Assembly: GCA_047602425.1 (NCBI GenBank)
Contig: JASGHG010000001.1
Span: 480,001 to 544,000 of the forward strand
Direction of reading: 5' to 3'
From: Nibricoccus sp.
Lineage (GTDB): Bacteria > Verrucomicrobiota > Verrucomicrobiia > Opitutales > Opitutaceae
DNA: 64,000 nucleotides
The position numbers and the translations under genes were made by a program. The notes beneath the pieces were generated by a model, which was not told where the DNA came from, did not search any database, and saw only the letters and a program-made list of their open reading frames with translations. Below, piece after piece: positions 27,059 through 37,009 of this stretch (position 1 is the first letter of the stretch; each line of letters starts with the position of its first letter).

Positions 27059-30000
27059 TTATTTCAATTTCAACTCCACCCTCGCGCCCTTGGCGGCGGG
27101 TTGGTCGCTCGTGATCGGCACAACTGAAAGCCGTCCTGCAGGCACTTCGCCGTAGTTGACTAGGTACTGCTGCACGGCGTTCGCGCGGGCGATGGCCAGC
27201 TTGCGAAACGCTTCCTCGTCGACCGTGATTTGGGTGAGCAAACGCGCCTTCATTTCGTCAAAGCTCAATGGCTTGATGTCTTTCACTTCCGAGGTGGTTT
27301 CAGCTGTGCCATCGGGCTTGTTTTTTTTCACGGCCTCAAGTTCCTGCCTTTGCATGGCGACCGGCGCTACATCCCTTTTCTTTCGCTTAAACGCTCCGAG
27401 ATTGCCGCGTTGGCCGGGAGCCGGATCGTCTTCGTAACCGGGATCGCCCGGGCTAAGCTTTTTGGGCCGCTCCTTCGGAAAGGCCCTGTAGAAAAGCCGG
27501 CGGATCATGCCGTTTTTCTGCTGTGGATCGATCTGGATCTGGTCGAGCGTCACCGCGGGGTCGATCATGCGACGATCATTCCAAATGATATTGCGCATCT
27601 GATTTTCCAGCGCCTGCTCACGCACCATGTCGGCATCGATGGTTTCGTCGTAACCACCAAAAATATCCAAGCGCAGCAGCGGTCGCTCCTTCATCGCCTT
27701 CGCAATGACATCAAGTTTCTTGATTTCCTCATCGTTGACCGGGATGTCTTCGCCGGGCAAAAATGCCTGGAAGGAAAGTTCCTCGCCCTTGCCGTCGCCA
27801 AACATCGAGCCGAGCAAGGAAAACGGCGATGTTGCAGCCTTGGTCAATAGATTGCTAACCACGCGCCAGATAAGCGGGCCGACGCGGAAACCAGGGTCGT
27901 CAAGACCGCCTTGCACCGGTAAATCGAGCACGATCTTGCCGGACGTATCGCGCAGAAGGGCCACCGCCAGACGAACCGGCAGTTGGGTGGCGTCGGGGCT
28001 GTTTGTCGCATTGCCCAAGGTAAACTGATCGATCGTCGCAACATTGGACGCGTCGACTTTTCGTTTCTTGATGTTGCATTTAACATCGAGTGTCAGAGCG
28101 CCGCGTTGCAGTTCGTAGCCCGCAAATTTCCCGATGTATGGCGCGATCGGCGCAAGTTCCATGCCTTTCATCGTGACCTTCATTTCCGTGAAGGCATCGA
28201 TGCTCAATGGATTCGTTCTTCCCGAAATGATGACGGGAGTAACGCCTTCGATTCGGCCTCGAATATCGACGGTGGCCCGCGACAATTCAGAAGAGGAAAG
28301 TCCTTCGACCGAACCGGATAATTGGTTGAGCACGAGGCGTACATTCGGTCGCAGCGATCGGTCGGTGAAGTCGACCGTTGCCTTGTCCAACACGAACCTA
28401 TCCAAAGAGACCATGGTGTCTCCCATGAGCCCTGCCGTCGGCATGGGCGCCGGTTTGTTCTTGGGAAAAGTTATTTGAGGCGCTGGTTCGGCCATGGAGC
28501 CGCTCAAACGCAAAGCTCGCCCGAAATTCGTGGTGCCGTCGTTGTTGACGATCAAATGGCCGGCCGGCTCCAGCCAATAGATTTCGGTCGCTAGCATTTT
28601 CGACGGTTCGTTGCTGTATTCGAGGCCTTTGATCGCGAGGCTGCGCCAACTCGCCAGTTCATCGGTTTCACTCGCGCCGTACGCCGCGAAATCGTCGACA
28701 TTGAGTTCTCCTTGCGCTGAAAGCATCGGCTGTTTGTCCGGCGGAATTTCGGCTCCGAGATAAAGTCTCGTCGTCAATACCCCACGTTTCACCCGAATAT
28801 CGGCAAAGGTTTCGAGATAAGGACTCAGTCCGGCGAGCGAGATATTAGTGAGCTCAACGCCGAGCTGAGCCCCCAACGGTGCGAGCGTGACCGAGCCGGC
28901 GACGTGAACCTCACCGTCGGGCGCATAGTTGGCGCGAAAGCCGAACTGCCTCGGCTTATCCAATTCCGCCAGGGAAAGGTTGAGCAAATCGCACGACAAA
29001 TCGCTAAACTGATGTTTCGCCAAACGCGTCGCGACTTGATCTTCGATATTCAAATTGAGCCCGCGCAACGTGATCGCGCCAACCTTCACATTCGGCAAAG
29101 ACGCGTTCGGAACCGCAGCCGGCGCTGGCGTAAGTGCGACCGTCGGTCCCTTTTCTGGTCCCAGGCCCACCAGCGTGAAAAGCTCGACCAAGTCGATACC
29201 GCCAGCCGTCCTGCGCATGTTCACCGAACCACCTGTCACCGTCACGCGTCGCACGTCGGCCGATACAACCGGCCAGGTCGCTGCCGCCTCGGAAATGTCG
29301 ATCTGGTCGAGTGAGACCACTGCCTCGCTCTGTCCTCGTGGCGCAATCCGCAGGGACGTCAGCCCCGCTTTCGCTTCGGAAAGTCGTAACGCAGGCTCGC
29401 CGTTTTCGAACGAGAATTCGTAGTGCCCCGCGATGTTCAATTGTCCGTCGAGAAGATCGAAACGCACGCGGCTCGCGTAATAGGGCGCGTATTTTTTCAA
29501 CGACAGCTTGCCCAATTCGAAATCGCCACTCGATTTCAGCGGCGCAAACGAAACGCGGCCTTTCCAGCTCATCGTTTCACCTGACTCTGTCGTCACACTA
29601 AATTCGCCCGGAGCCTGCCCCTTGCCGCCCGTGTGAAAATTGCGCAGCTCCAGGGTCGTTGGTCCAAGCGTGGTGCCAAATATTTCGCCTTGGCTCGCGT
29701 CGCTGTAAACCAGCCGGGCTTCCGCAATGGCCAAGCGCCCCACAGCAATAGGCCAGGAAGCTTTAGCCTTTTTAGAAGGTTCGTCTTTTTGCCCCAATTT
29801 CGCCAGCAGATCCGCAAAATTCACGTTGCCCTCTTTGTCCACCGAAACCCGGCCCTCGAAACCATCCAATTCGATGGCTTGGAAACGCCATTCGCCCCGC
29901 ACGATCGAAAACGTATCGAAATTCACACACAGGCGCCGCCAACCCAAAAACGTTCCCTCGGCCGGCGCTGCCTCGGCCAATTTGAAATCCTCCAGCGTGA

Positions 30001-30235
30001 GAGAAAACACCAATGGATTGAAATGCACTTTCGCGACTTTGACCTCCCGCTGGAGCATGGCCGAAAGCCGTTTCTCCATCTGGCCCTGCAACATAGAAGG
30101 GAGGACGAAAAAACCAACCAGTGTCCAGAGTATCGCCAAAATGCCCAACCAGAAGGCCACGCGTACGATCACGTGCACCCGGCTGCTCGAACGGTCGTAC
30201 TCTTGTCTCAATTCACTTAGGTGAGGGATATTCAA
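27059..30235 (-). CDS. DUF748 domain-containing protein (AsmA-like)
   Basis: N-terminal TM, repeated beta-rich domains, LPVRLAVALLRDTSGKIVLDLPVQG and KAATSPFSLLGS motifs, OmpA-like C-terminus. Confidence 0.85.
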   Translation of the reverse strand: MNIPHLSELRQEYDRSSSRVHVIVRVAFWLGILAILWTLVGFFVLPSMLQGQMEKRLSAMLQREVKVAKVHFNPLVFSLTLEDFKLAEAAPAEGTFLGWRRLCVNFDTFSIVRGEWRFQAIELDGFEGRVSVDKEGNVNFADLLAKLGQKDEPSKKAKASWPIAVGRLAIAEARLVYSDASQGEIFGTTLGPTTLELRNFHTGGKGQAPGEFSVTTESGETMSWKGRVSFAPLKSSGDFELGKLSLKKYAPYYASRVRFDLLDGQLNIAGHYEFSFENGEPALRLSEAKAGLTSLRIAPRGQSEAVVSLDQIDISEAAATWPVVSADVRRVTVTGGSVNMRRTAGGIDLVELFTLVGLGPEKGPTVALTPAPAAVPNASLPNVKVGAITLRGLNLNIEDQVATRLAKHQFSDLSCDLLNLSLAELDKPRQFGFRANYAPDGEVHVAGSVTLAPLGAQLGVELTNISLAGLSPYLETFADIRVKRGVLTTRLYLGAEIPPDKQPMLSAQGELNVDDFAAYGASETDELASWRSLAIKGLEYSNEPSKMLATEIYWLEPAGHLIVNNDGTTNFGRALRLSGSMAEPAPQITFPKNKPAPMPTAGLMGDTMVSLDRFVLDKATVDFTDRSLRPNVRLVLNQLSGSVEGLSSSELSRATVDIRGRIEGVTPVIISGRTNPLSIDAFTEMKVTMKGMELAPIAPYIGKFAGYELQRGALTLDVKCNIKKRKVDASNVATIDQFTLGNATNSPDATQLPVRLAVALLRDTSGKIVLDLPVQGGLDDPGFRVGPLIWRVVSNLLTKAATSPFSLLGSMFGDGKGEELSFQAFLPGEDIPVNDEEIKKLDVIAKAMKERPLLRLDIFGGYDETIDADMVREQALENQMRNIIWNDRRMIDPAVTLDQIQIDPQQKNGMIRRLFYRAFPKERPKKLSPGDPGYEDDPAPGQRGNLGAFKRKKRDVAPVAMQRQELEAVKKNKPDGTAETTSEVKDIKPLSFDEMKARLLTQITVDEEAFRKLAIARANAVQQYLVNYGEVPAGRLSVVPITSDQPAAKGARVELKLK

Positions 30236-30244
30236 GGCAAACCA

Positions 30245-30274
30245 AGGCTAATGAAGACCTTCCCCGAATATCAA
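30245..30274 (-). promoter_or_regulatory. Sigma70-type promoter for the DUF748 gene
   Basis: Minus strand TTGATA-N18-TAGCCT, 9 nt before the TTG start. Confidence 0.5.
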
Positions 30275-30366
30275 GCCGGCTACCGGGTGTATTCTGGCGA
30301 CTTTTAACTATTTATCATGCTTTGACGACTTAAGAAAAAGCCTACATGGTGCGATTCCTTGTGAAG

Positions 30367-30822
30367 ATGGAAGTCAAAGCACCCGGTCTGGAAACGTTCT
30401 TGCACGAAATGATCCCGCTCGCGCGGGCGATGGGCGTTCGCATCGAAGTGAGCGACGAAAACAAGCTCGAACTTGTTGCCCCGCATGAGCTGAACCGCAA
30501 TTCGCTCAACACCGCTTTTGGCGGCAGCCTCGTGTCGCTCGCCACGCTTGCCGGTTACGGTGTGGTCTGGGAATTGATGCGCAACGAGGACACCAAGTGG
30601 GCCATCGTGATCAAAGACAGCAAAGCCGCGTACCGCAAACCCGTGCTCGGCGACCTGCGCGCCATCTGCGAGCGCCCGACCAAACTCGCCATCGAAGAAT
30701 TCAAAGCCGCCCTCGCCCGCTACGGTCAGGCCAAGCTCAAGCTCCGCGCCTCCGTGGTCGAAAAAGGGTCCGTGGCCGTCGACTTCCATGCCGCTTTCGT
30801 GGTCTCGGCCCCGAAGGCCTGA
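30367..30822 (+). CDS. YiiD C-terminal thioesterase (hotdog fold) protein
   Basis: IPLARAMG, NRNSLNTAFGGSL and YRKPV motifs; start could be 30346. Confidence 0.85.
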   Translation: MEVKAPGLETFLHEMIPLARAMGVRIEVSDENKLELVAPHELNRNSLNTAFGGSLVSLATLAGYGVVWELMRNEDTKWAIVIKDSKAAYRKPVLGDLRAICERPTKLAIEEFKAALARYGQAKLKLRASVVEKGSVAVDFHAAFVVSAPKA

Positions 30823-30850
30823 ACGAGACAACAACAACTTCGCCCCGCCC

Positions 30851-30876
30851 AAGACGCCTCGTTTTCAGGCGTCTTT
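30851..30876. terminator. Hairpin terminator between convergent genes
   Basis: AAGACGCCT-loop-AGGCGTCTT followed by a T-rich tail. Confidence 0.65.
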
Positions 30877-30886
30877 ATTTCCCGAC

Positions 30887-31789
30887 TCACGCCGCCAGTG
30901 CTTCGACCAGATTCCGCACTTCGCCCAAGCGTATCCGAACTTCGACTACAAGCCGCATCAGGCGCTCCGGCGTAAAACGCAACGGACGCAGGACCACCGC
31001 GTCGGGTAATGCCGGCGTGCGAAAATCGTCCTCGGCGCAGACCACGGTGCGCAACCATTTCGCCGCATTCAACAGGCAGGCCATGCGTGCATAACCAGCC
31101 GATCCATGCGGCGCATTCTGCCAGCGAATCGGTTCGACCAGCGTGGCCGGAAATTCCCAACGTTGCAGCAATGCCGCGCCCACTTCGGCCTGCGTGCAAC
31201 CGAGGAGCGCACGTTCACTCGCCGTGAAATCGCTGACGACATCGCGCGGCATGAAAAGCAACGACGGCGCCCGTTGCAGCGCCCATTCGTCAATCGCTAC
31301 CACACCAGCCGCGTGCAACAAACCCGCGGAGTAAGCGACGCCTTTGTCTTCACCGGTAAGTTCTGCCAGCAATTCCGCCGACAGCGCACAAGACACTGAC
31401 CATCGCCAAAGTTCATCCGCGTCCAATCCATAGAGATTGACCGGTCGCGCCAGCACTTGGGCTTTTGCGACCTGACTGATCATTGCGACAATCGGGTTTA
31501 GACCGATTAAATTGATCGCATCCTCCACTGTCGTGCACTGCGCACCTCGAATCGATGCGCGCTGAAAGCCTAAGCCCAAAACCCGAGCCGTCAGTCCGGG
31601 ATCAAGCCGCAACAAACGGCTGACGTCCTGCAGACTAAGATTTTCTTCGTGCATCAATTCGCTCAACCGCGGCAGCACGTTCGGCGCCGACGGCAAATGC
31701 GACAACATCCCGGCGATTTCCTCAGGCGAGGGACGCGTCGGAAGGTCGAGGCTGAATGAAGCAGGAGGCATGGTATTTATATCGGCCAT
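30887..31789 (-). CDS. HDOD domain-containing protein
   Basis: LPSAPNV, DPGLTARVL, TVEDAINLIG, AYSAGLLH and EVGAALLQRWEFP motifs. Confidence 0.88.
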   Translation of the reverse strand: MADINTMPPASFSLDLPTRPSPEEIAGMLSHLPSAPNVLPRLSELMHEENLSLQDVSRLLRLDPGLTARVLGLGFQRASIRGAQCTTVEDAINLIGLNPIVAMISQVAKAQVLARPVNLYGLDADELWRWSVSCALSAELLAELTGEDKGVAYSAGLLHAAGVVAIDEWALQRAPSLLFMPRDVVSDFTASERALLGCTQAEVGAALLQRWEFPATLVEPIRWQNAPHGSAGYARMACLLNAAKWLRTVVCAEDDFRTPALPDAVVLRPLRFTPERLMRLVVEVRIRLGEVRNLVEALAA

Positions 31790-31883
31790 CTAGGGTGTTT
31801 TTTGATCAGAATCCGTGGGTTTTCCACCAACAGTCTGAAAATTCGACTGGCAAAACCCGCCTCAACGCACACGTTACGACACT

Positions 31884-32531
31884 ATGTCTATCACCAATTT
31901 GCAGTCACGTTCCGCCGCTCCCACTCCTCACCTCGACGATGACGACGACGAGGAGCAAGAAAACCAAAACGAGTCCAAAAGCGCACCCGTTGCGGCTGTG
32001 ATTCAGAAAAAATTCCTCAAGGAACGTAAAATCTTCCTCTGGGGCGCCGTGACCGACGAGACCGCCAAGGATCTCACCGAAAAGTTGCTTTATCTTGAGG
32101 CTGAAGCTCCAGGCAAAGAGATTTCTTTCTATATGAACACGCCGGGCGGATCCATCACCGCCGGCATGGCCGTGTACGACACGATGAAAATGATCACCTC
32201 GCCGATCACGGTGATCGTCACAGGCATGGCCGCGTCGATGGGCTCGATTCTTCTCAGCGGCGCACCCAAGGGCCGTCGTCTGCTTTATCCGCATTCGCGC
32301 GTGCTCATTCACCAGCCGCTGATTTCCGGCCGCATGGTCGGTCCCGCCACCGACATCAACATTCAGGCAAAGGAAATGGAAAAGCTCCGCGCCGAACTTA
32401 ACCAGATCCTCGCCGACGCTTCAGGCCAGCCGCTCGAACGCATCAACCGTGACACCGACCGCGACTTTTATTTGAACGCGCAGGAAGCCATCGCCTACGG
32501 CCTCGCCGACAAGATTGTCGAAAAACTTTAA
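31884..32531 (+). CDS. clpP: ATP-dependent Clp protease proteolytic subunit
   Basis: NTPGGSITAG, AASMGS (Ser), IHQP (His) and DRD (Asp). Confidence 0.95.
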   Translation: MSITNLQSRSAAPTPHLDDDDDEEQENQNESKSAPVAAVIQKKFLKERKIFLWGAVTDETAKDLTEKLLYLEAEAPGKEISFYMNTPGGSITAGMAVYDTMKMITSPITVIVTGMAASMGSILLSGAPKGRRLLYPHSRVLIHQPLISGRMVGPATDINIQAKEMEKLRAELNQILADASGQPLERINRDTDRDFYLNAQEAIAYGLADKIVEKL

Positions 32532-32561
32532 GGCCGTTGCCTTATAATACTTGGTTTCGCC

Positions 32562-32590
32562 AAGCCCGCCGAATTGCCGGCGGGCTTTTT
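32562..32590 (+). terminator. Intrinsic terminator after clpP
   Basis: AAGCCCGCCG-aattgc-CGGCGGGC-T5. Confidence 0.85.
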
Positions 32591-32688
32591 GTTGTTCACC
32601 CACAACTATCTTCAAGAGGTAATATTTTGTTCCCTCAAAGCCGTAGTTTTCCTAGCAAAAAAATTCTTCGATAAAAACCTCCAAGCCT

Positions 32689-32721
32689 TTGACAAAACTG
32701 CGGCCAAGCGCGAAATTTCGC
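32689..32721 (+). promoter_or_regulatory. Putative promoter of the mannosylfructose operon with overlapping palindrome
   Basis: TTGACA (32689-94)-N17-GAAATT; the -10 sits inside the perfect palindrome GCGAAATTTCGC (32710-21). Confidence 0.5.
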
Positions 32722-32887
32722 CGGGGTCGCTCCTATTTCAGCTCCGTGTTTTTCACGCAGCTCCAGCCAATCGGGAAATGAGCGGCGTCACGGCGCCGGA
32801 CTCTCCGGCGCACCGCGGTTTCGGCCGCGTCAACGCCAACTGCATCCGCATGCGACTCAGCGTAGGATGCAAAACCCACATCAAAAT

Positions 32888-34225
32888 ATGTCAGTTCTCG
32901 CCACGGAGTCCACTCTGCCCCGGATCGGCATGGTTTCCACCCACGGTTATGTCGCGGCCATTCCGCCCTTGGGCGCGGCCGACACGGGCGGCCAGGTCGT
33001 CTACGTGCTGGAGCTCTCCAAAAAACTCGCGCTCCTTGGTTACGAGGTCGACATCTGGACACGCCAGTTCGAAGACCAGCCGCAACTTGAGGTCGTAAAT
33101 GAGCGCGTCCGCATCATCCGCATGCCCTGTGGCGGCCGCGATTTTATCGATAAGGAATATCTCGTCCGCCACCTCGGCGAATGGTCTGAAAACGCCCTTC
33201 GCTTCATCGAGAAACACCAGCTGCGCTATCAGTTTTTCAACAGCCATTATTGGGACGCCGGTGTCGCGACCCAACGTCTTTGCGAAGCGCTCGACGTGCC
33301 GCACGTCCATACGCCGCATTCGCTCGGTCTCTGGAAAAAACAGCTGATGGAAAAAGATTATCCGGATGACGCCGCGAATTTCGAAAAAAAGTACAACTTC
33401 ACCCAGCGCATCAACGAGGAGACCATTCTCTATCGCTCTTGCGACGAGATCATCGCGACCACGCCACCCCAAGTCGACATGATCGTGCAGGACTATGGCG
33501 CACCCAGTGAACAGGTACAAATGATTCCGCCCGGTTACGACGACAACCGTTTCTATCCGATGAGCGCGGCCACCCGCAATGGCATCCGCCAGCGCCTCGG
33601 CTTCACCGGAAAGGTCGTCCTCGCGATCGGCCGCCTCGCTCGCAACAAGGGTTACGATCTTCTCATCGACGCGTTTTCGGTCGTGGCCAGTCGCATTCCC
33701 GAAGCGGTCCTTCACCTCGCGGTCGGCGGCACCCAACTCAACCCCGCCGAACAAAAAATCCTGGATGAACTTAAGGCCCAAGTCGCGCAACTCGGCCTGA
33801 ATGAGCGCGTGATTTTCAACGGTTACGTGGCCGACGGCGATCTTGCCGACTGTTACCGCGCAGCCGATGTCTTCGTCCTCAGCAGCCGGTACGAACCTTT
33901 CGGCATGACCGCGATTGAAGCGATGGCCTGCGGCACTCCCACCGTCATCACAACTCATGGCGGCCTTTACCGCGCGGTGACTTTCGGACGCCACGCGCTC
34001 TATGCCGACGCGTTCGACAAAGAAGATCTTGGCATCACAATCTACAAGGTGCTCCGCCACGAACGCCTCTCGAATCGTCTTTCGCGCATGGGCGCTCACA
34101 AGGCGCGCAGCCTCTTCACCTGGACGGGCATCGCGCAACAACTTGTCAGCCTCATCGAGGAACGTGCCACCGCCCTCGCCTTCACCGACAACGAATGGGA
34201 CGAACCATGGAACGATGGTGATTGA
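32888..34225 (+). CDS. mfpsA: Mannosylfructose-phosphate synthase-like GT4 (sucrose-phosphate synthase family)
   Basis: STHGYVAA-PPLGAADTGGQVVYVLEL, NSHYWDAG, YEPFGMTAIEAM and C-terminal EPWNDGD, as I recall for Agrobacterium MfpsA. Confidence 0.85.
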   Translation: MSVLATESTLPRIGMVSTHGYVAAIPPLGAADTGGQVVYVLELSKKLALLGYEVDIWTRQFEDQPQLEVVNERVRIIRMPCGGRDFIDKEYLVRHLGEWSENALRFIEKHQLRYQFFNSHYWDAGVATQRLCEALDVPHVHTPHSLGLWKKQLMEKDYPDDAANFEKKYNFTQRINEETILYRSCDEIIATTPPQVDMIVQDYGAPSEQVQMIPPGYDDNRFYPMSAATRNGIRQRLGFTGKVVLAIGRLARNKGYDLLIDAFSVVASRIPEAVLHLAVGGTQLNPAEQKILDELKAQVAQLGLNERVIFNGYVADGDLADCYRAADVFVLSSRYEPFGMTAIEAMACGTPTVITTHGGLYRAVTFGRHALYADAFDKEDLGITIYKVLRHERLSNRLSRMGAHKARSLFTWTGIAQQLVSLIEERATALAFTDNEWDEPWNDGD

Positions 34226-34246
34226 ACCCGGTCCTTCCCTCCTCGC

Positions 34247-36349
34247 ATGAACGCCCACACGCCCATCCGACTGTTCAGCTCCGATCTCGATGGCACTTTG
34301 CTCGGCAATCCGGAAGCCACCCAACGTTTCAAGGCCGTTTGGCAAAAACTTCCTCCAGCAAATCGTCCGCTGCTCGTCTACAACAGCGGACGCCTCATTG
34401 AGGACATGCGGCGTTTTGTATCCAATAACCTGTTACCTGCGCCCGATTACTTCATCGGCGGCGTCGGCACGCAAATCTACGACGAAAAAGCCGGTGCGTT
34501 GCTTCACGATTTCAACCAACGCCTCGACGAAAACTGGGATCCGGAACGTGTCACCGGAATCGCCTCGATCTTCCCAGGCATTCGTCGCCAGCCCGAGGAA
34601 TTCCAAACTCACTACAAGTCCAGCTGGTTTCTCGATAACGCCAAACCGAACCAGCTTCGTGAGCTCGAACAGCAGTTCGCCCGCGCCGGTCTCGCCGTCA
34701 ATATCGTCTATTCCAGCCAGCGCGACCTCGACCTTCTGCCGGTAAATGGAACCAAGGGTTATGCCCTAAAATGGCTCTGCGATCGCCTCGGTGTCCCAAT
34801 CGACACCGTGCTCGTGGCGGGCGACACCGGCAACGACAGCAGCATGTTCCGCCTGCCCGGCGTTCGAGGCATCATCGTCGACAACGCCCAGCCGGAACTT
34901 TTCGAAGCCACGGTCGACATTCCGATTTATACCGCACGCCATGTGCTCGCCGATGGCGTGCTCGATGGACTGCAGCATTTCGGCGTCATCGACAAAACTC
35001 CTTCGATCACGCAAACAGGCATCCCCGCGCACAAGATGGAGACGGGATTTCGCCTCCTCTTCAGTGGCACGAAACTCGGCACTCTCAATCAGGACGACCG
35101 CGCACTCATCCGCACCGGCTATGAAAAAGCCGTGATCGCAATCCGCAAAAACATCACGCCACTGGGTTTTTCCGCGTGCTCGCTCGACGACAATCTCGTC
35201 ACCGGCACCGATGCCAACTACCGCAGCGTTTGGGCGCGCGACGGCTCGATCACCCTTATCTATACGCTCGACTTGGAGGACGAAGACATCCGGTCCGCCC
35301 AACGACAGACTCTTAAAACGCTCCTCAGCGCCGCTTCGCCGAACGGTCAGATCCCTGCCAACGTACGGATCGAAACCGGCGAGGCTGACTATGGTGGTGT
35401 CGGAAATATCTCTTCAATCGACAGCGGTCTTTGGGTCATCATCGCCATCTACAATTTCATCATTAAAACCGGCGACCTCGATTTCCTTCGCACTTACAGC
35501 GAGCGGCTCCAGGTTGCGATGAATTGGCTCAGTGCCCACGACAGCAACAACGACGGCCTGCTCGAAATTCCCGAGGCGGGCGATTGGACCGATCTGTTCG
35601 GTCGCAGTTACAACGTGCTCTACGATGAAGTTCTCTGGTATCGCGCCAATGTCTGTTTTGGCCGCCTGCTGGAACTCCAGGGCGATTTCGAACGCGCCGC
35701 CAACTACCTGCGCTGGTCGCAAAAAATCCGCAGCCGCATTCTCGATACCTTCTGGCCTTCAACCAAAACTAGCAGCCCCCTCCAACAGACTTCGACCAAT
35801 CGCTTTGCCGACCGTCAGTTCGGCCTCGGCGACGCACAATATCTTCTCGCTGAAATTACACCTTTTTCCTTCAACTGGCGCTGCGACGTCTACGGCAACG
35901 TCCTCGCTTACCTCATGAATCTGCTCGATATCGAGCGTGCCCGCACCGCCTTTCGATTTATGTGGGGTGTCGGCGTGAACAATCCCTGGCCAGTCGCAAA
36001 TCTCTATCCCGTCGTACAAGCCGGCGATCCCGACTGGCGCGCCTATTATACGATCAATTTGCTTAACCTGCCCAACCACTACCACAATGGCGGCATCTGG
36101 CCGTTCATCGGCGGCATGTGGGTGCGTTTCATTCACCGCATTGGTTTTCACGGCGTCGCCCTGCGCGAACTTGTACAACTCGCTCATCTAAATCGCACCG
36201 GCCGCGAGCACGAGTGGGAGTTCAACGAGTGGGCCCATGGCGTCACCGGACGCCCGATGGGAAAAGCGTTCCAAGCCTGGTCCGCCGCCTCGTTTATCAA
36301 GGCTTGTCACGAGGTCGAAGCCGACCCCGCACATCTAAGCCGCGACTAA
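34247..36349 (+). CDS. Fusion: HAD-IIB sugar-phosphate phosphatase (MfppA/SPP-like) plus six-hairpin glycoside hydrolase (GH100/amylo-1,6-glucosidase-like)
   Basis: N-terminal SDLDGTL, NSGR and AGDTGND; C-terminal NYRSVWARD, IDSGLW, YHNGGIWP, EFNEW and QAWSAA. Confidence 0.85.
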   Translation: MNAHTPIRLFSSDLDGTLLGNPEATQRFKAVWQKLPPANRPLLVYNSGRLIEDMRRFVSNNLLPAPDYFIGGVGTQIYDEKAGALLHDFNQRLDENWDPERVTGIASIFPGIRRQPEEFQTHYKSSWFLDNAKPNQLRELEQQFARAGLAVNIVYSSQRDLDLLPVNGTKGYALKWLCDRLGVPIDTVLVAGDTGNDSSMFRLPGVRGIIVDNAQPELFEATVDIPIYTARHVLADGVLDGLQHFGVIDKTPSITQTGIPAHKMETGFRLLFSGTKLGTLNQDDRALIRTGYEKAVIAIRKNITPLGFSACSLDDNLVTGTDANYRSVWARDGSITLIYTLDLEDEDIRSAQRQTLKTLLSAASPNGQIPANVRIETGEADYGGVGNISSIDSGLWVIIAIYNFIIKTGDLDFLRTYSERLQVAMNWLSAHDSNNDGLLEIPEAGDWTDLFGRSYNVLYDEVLWYRANVCFGRLLELQGDFERAANYLRWSQKIRSRILDTFWPSTKTSSPLQQTSTNRFADRQFGLGDAQYLLAEITPFSFNWRCDVYGNVLAYLMNLLDIERARTAFRFMWGVGVNNPWPVANLYPVVQAGDPDWRAYYTINLLNLPNHYHNGGIWPFIGGMWVRFIHRIGFHGVALRELVQLAHLNRTGREHEWEFNEWAHGVTGRPMGKAFQAWSAASFIKACHEVEADPAHLSRD

Positions 36350-36446
36350 CATTTCAAATCAGGCTTGGCGCAAAACCCTGCTGAAAGAAGACAGCCCACT
36401 TACTGCCTTCCGCGTGTAAACCGATTGGCTCGTCAGCTTGGCCCTA

Positions 36447-36749
36447 TCAGTAGGTTGTGGCCACACGGACGTTTGTCCGAAATCGCATTTGTTCCAATGG
36501 CGCTTCGGAAGGCCGCAACAACTTTGCCGGTATAACCGCCAGAAGGAAGGAATGCAAACGCACCACGCCTTCATGCGTGAGGTAAGAAATTCCGACGGTG
36601 CCCACCACCCAACTCATAAATTCCAGCCATACCGCCCGCACTGAAGATTCACTCATCACGACATCCGAAGAAACCATTTGCGCGATCGCCGGACTCGTAT
36701 GCATCAGTAAGCCCAGAATGAAAAAACAGAGTGCGTTCTTAATGTTCAT
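36447..36749 (-). CDS. Small hypothetical membrane/exported protein
   Basis: Signal-like N-terminus plus one TM; preceded by a sigma54 motif. Confidence 0.6.
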   Translation of the reverse strand: MNIKNALCFFILGLLMHTSPAIAQMVSSDVVMSESSVRAVWLEFMSWVVGTVGISYLTHEGVVRLHSFLLAVIPAKLLRPSEAPLEQMRFRTNVRVATTY

Positions 36750-36780
36750 GAGGGTATGAAAATTTCGTTTCGCTTCCTAT

Positions 36781-36797
36781 AGCCATGCTCATGCCAA
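36781..36797 (-). promoter_or_regulatory. Sigma54 (-24/-12) promoter
   Basis: Minus strand TTGGCATGAGCATGGCT = GG-N10-GC, about 32 nt upstream of ATG 36749, with an AT-rich tract further upstream. Confidence 0.6.
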
Positions 36798-37009
36798 GCA
36801 TGTCCAGCTCATCATTAATTGTTAATTTATAGCATTTTATCAATTTCGACACCTGTGCAACAGCCTACTTTTCATGCATTCAGCAAGGTGCTTAAAACCT
36901 TCGTTCTTGCAGGTTGCATGATGGCGAAATGAATGCTGATAAGAAGCGTAAAGAGAACAAATTTTCATCGCTTCTTACTAATTTCCAGCGATTTACTTAA
37001 AACTTCGCA

